Positions 61,851 to 64,000 of a DNA stretch of 64,000 bases are shown here, in pieces. The position numbers were made by a program, and so were the translations under genes. Positions within the stretch are counted from its first letter, which is position 1, and each line of letters opens with the position of its first letter. Source of the stretch: Calcarisporiella thermophila CBS 279.70 (taxonomy: Eukaryota > Fungi > Calcarisporiellomycota); the NCBI RefSeq assembly GCF_041956535.1, contig NW_027192204.1:272523-336522 (forward strand), written 5' to 3'. Below the pieces are notes generated by a model. It was not told the DNA's origin, did no database searches, and was given only the letters and a program-made list of their open reading frames with translations.

Positions 61851-63134
61851 TTAGCTAGTGCTTCCTCTACGGGGAAGGGGGGCTAAACTCCCCGTGCTTG
61901 TTCTCGTTGGAATGATGGTTCCCATCGAAACGGGGCGCTTTTCAGCCGACCTTGAGGAGCTTGTTGCTTGAGCCGGAACAGTTGGAGCAATGCACACCAG
62001 CGGGAAGACTCCTCTCTTTCCGGTCTCGACCACCTCGCCCAGGGCCCACCCATCGTCGTATACTCGTTGGATTGTGACGGCATCGTCACGGTTAAGGGAG
62101 AGCTCGTCCTCCCGACGGGCAAAGAACGGATGCACAACCATATGCTGGCGGGAGGCGGGATCCAGGGGAGGCGAGGTGGGGGAGGTGGGTTTGACGGTGG
62201 CGTTGGAGTGGAAGAAGCCACGGCGGCGGAAGTGGCGGAAAAGCATGATGGCAAGAGAGACGGCGAGGAGGACTCCCAGGATCGACGCACACACCAGAAC
62301 CACATTTTTGATGCGCGAGGATTGGGCTCCATCCTCGGTTTTATCTGAGGTCGGGGCAAGGGCCGTGGTGTTGCAAGGCGAGATGACGTCGCAGGTGGAG
62401 CCCAGACACTTGGTTCCATTCGAGCCGCAGATAAGTTGCTCATTTTTGGCTCCAGGGGCGCAAAATATCTCTGTCCCGTTGAAAGGATAATACGAGCAAC
62501 GCTCATACATCCCCCGTAGCTTCTCATCGCGACTTGGATCCTTCGGCTGGGGACACCATTTTAGATCTCCCAGCAGCTTCTCCAAACTTGCCGCATAAGC
62601 CATGCAGCTCTCCTTGCACAAGGGCGGCAAATACCGCCCATTATTGCACGCACGACTGTGCTCCGAGACTATAATGTCCGCACAAAGCATACTTATTCGG
62701 TAATTAAGGAGCCCTCCCATATAGGAGCCGAGATTGCCACCGGTGCAGTTCCAGTAGTCGCGCAGCCACTGCAAGTTTTCATGGGGATTGTTCACGTAGG
62801 AAAACAGGCTGGCGTCGAATGACTCAACGGTGGAATTGAATTGGAAGCGAGAGGTATTCTCCAGAGACACGAAGAAGTCCTGCCAGAGTGGGCATGCAAC
62901 GGACCCTGAACAATGGTGAAATTCGACAGCGTTAGCAGCCAGTCTAGAGAGGCCAATGTAGCAAAAGCAGTGCACTGCTGGCAGTGCCCTGAAGGAATTG
63001 TCCTTACCATTAAGTGACAGGCATTTCTCCGGTGGAATGGCTTGTGCCGTGAACATGGGCAGAATCGCGCTCGCTATAACGAAAAGGTACCATAGGGTAT
63101 GACAGGTCCGCCATGGCGGAAGAACAAGCGACAT
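61851..63134 (-). CDS. Type I membrane protein: signal peptide, Cys-rich ectodomain (Frizzled/Mid1-like), TM helix, cytoplasmic SH3
   Basis: Hydrophobic N-terminus; many Cys (LPPLCKESC..YAAS...C); TM VVLVCASILGVLLAVSLAIMLF followed by RHFRRR; SH3 VVHPF.ARREDELSLNRDD...YDDGWALG...GVFPLVCI. Confidence 0.85.
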   Translation of the reverse strand: MSLVLPPWRTCHTLWYLFVIASAILPMFTAQAIPPEKCLSLNGKDNSFRALPAVHCFCYIGLSRLAANAVEFHHCSGSVACPLWQDFFVSLENTSRFQFNSTVESFDASLFSYVNNPHENLQWLRDYWNCTGGNLGSYMGGLLNYRISMLCADIIVSEHSRACNNGRYLPPLCKESCMAYAASLEKLLGDLKWCPQPKDPSRDEKLRGMYERCSYYPFNGTEIFCAPGAKNEQLICGSNGTKCLGSTCDVISPCNTTALAPTSDKTEDGAQSSRIKNVVLVCASILGVLLAVSLAIMLFRHFRRRGFFHSNATVKPTSPTSPPLDPASRQHMVVHPFFARREDELSLNRDDAVTIQRVYDDGWALGEVVETGKRGVFPLVCIAPTVPAQATSSSRSAEKRPVSMGTIIPTRTSTGSLAPLPRRGSTS

Positions 63135-63716
63135 TCTTTATGGTTCAAACACTGGTGCTAGTGGTTGAATGCGGGGAGAAAAGGTTGGGTGTGGGAACGG
63201 GGAAATAAGGGGGAGAAAGAGAATATTGTGAAAAGAGTTCACCCCCTTTACGCATGCAGCAATAAGAAAAAAAAGGAACAGACACGTCGCTAGCCCGCTT
63301 TTTGATCGATCGGCTTCCCCGCGTGTATGGTAAGAATTGGTTTTATTTCGAATTATTAACTGTTAAAATCAATGACATCGGTTTATTTTATTTTCGTTCA
63401 TCCGGTCCCCTTTGACATCCTCCCAAAGTGCGGAGAGCAGTCCAGGCCCCTGTAGATCTTGTTTAATAGCAAATGCTTATGGCCGCAAGATCCCATTAAG
63501 CACCCCAGAAATAATAAAATAACACTCGAATGCGCATTACCGCCTCTGTCGGGTAATTTCTGCATCAAGATTTGCCTTTTCAATCATGTCAGGATCTTCA
63601 TCATCCCCTCATGGGCCAGTTGATATTGTCAAAGGCCGCAATATATACTGTTGCAAGCTTTTATTGACCGTGAGTATATATAGAAATTAAAGTATTTACA
63701 TTTGCTAATAACAACA

Positions 63717-64000
63717 TCAATAAAATGATACACTGTATAGGACGTTTTGTCCATGCCTTTCCTGAAAGGAGATGATAATTTGCTCGAGCTCCTCATCTAA
63801 ATCGGTAGCCAGCTCAATCTAGTATGCAGAGAAAGGGGTGAGAAGAGGGTGATGGGAAGGATGAGAAGGTAAATACCATATTGGCAAGTTGCAAAATCAT
63901 CCGCCCGCCCACTGCAGCATCCTCATGATTATCCTTGATATCAATGTTAATTACATGGACAGGGGTATTGAGTTTCTGTCCGCGGTTCAGTAAATCTATT
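63717..64000 (-). CDS. SSU72: RNA Pol II CTD phosphatase Ssu72, 3' part (5' end beyond the window)
   Basis: [40 protein letters not shown]|[28 protein letters not shown]. Confidence 0.9.

Overview
Eukaryotic, intron-rich, gene-dense genomic window from a fungus, most likely an early-diverging lineage (Mucoromycota-like). This is inferred from short GT-AG introns, a velvet gene, a fused TPS-TPP and a glucuronokinase. It holds about 24 protein-coding genes, mostly conserved housekeeping ones: XRN2, PAM16, COG6, LSM6, ING, UNG, AGX1, Aquarius, RRB1, CtIP/Ctp1, MED9, prefoldin 2 and SSU72. The one clearly accessory region (about 29.4-33.3 kb, including a 471-nt assembly gap) is a stack of retroelement remnants ending 15 bp upstream of a tRNA-Val(AAC) gene. 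It contains at least three tandem 5'-truncated LINE fragments separated by a repeated target sequence. These are followed by at least five abutting TG...CA solo-LTR-like units separated by 4-6 bp target-duplication-like spacers. The tRNA-proximal LTR carries its own tRNA-like Pol III promoter cassette. Other notable items: a JmjC + zf-4CXXC_R1 protein, a nucleotidyltransferase-glucuronokinase fusion with a GC-AG intron, a TPS-TPP with both catalytic motif sets, a candidate non-AUG mitochondrial extension on UNG, a Cys-rich/TM/SH3 receptor-like protein, and an AT-rich to GC-rich transition inside the Aquarius gene. All gene calls come from motif recognition in manual translation, and boundaries of multi-exon genes are best estimates.
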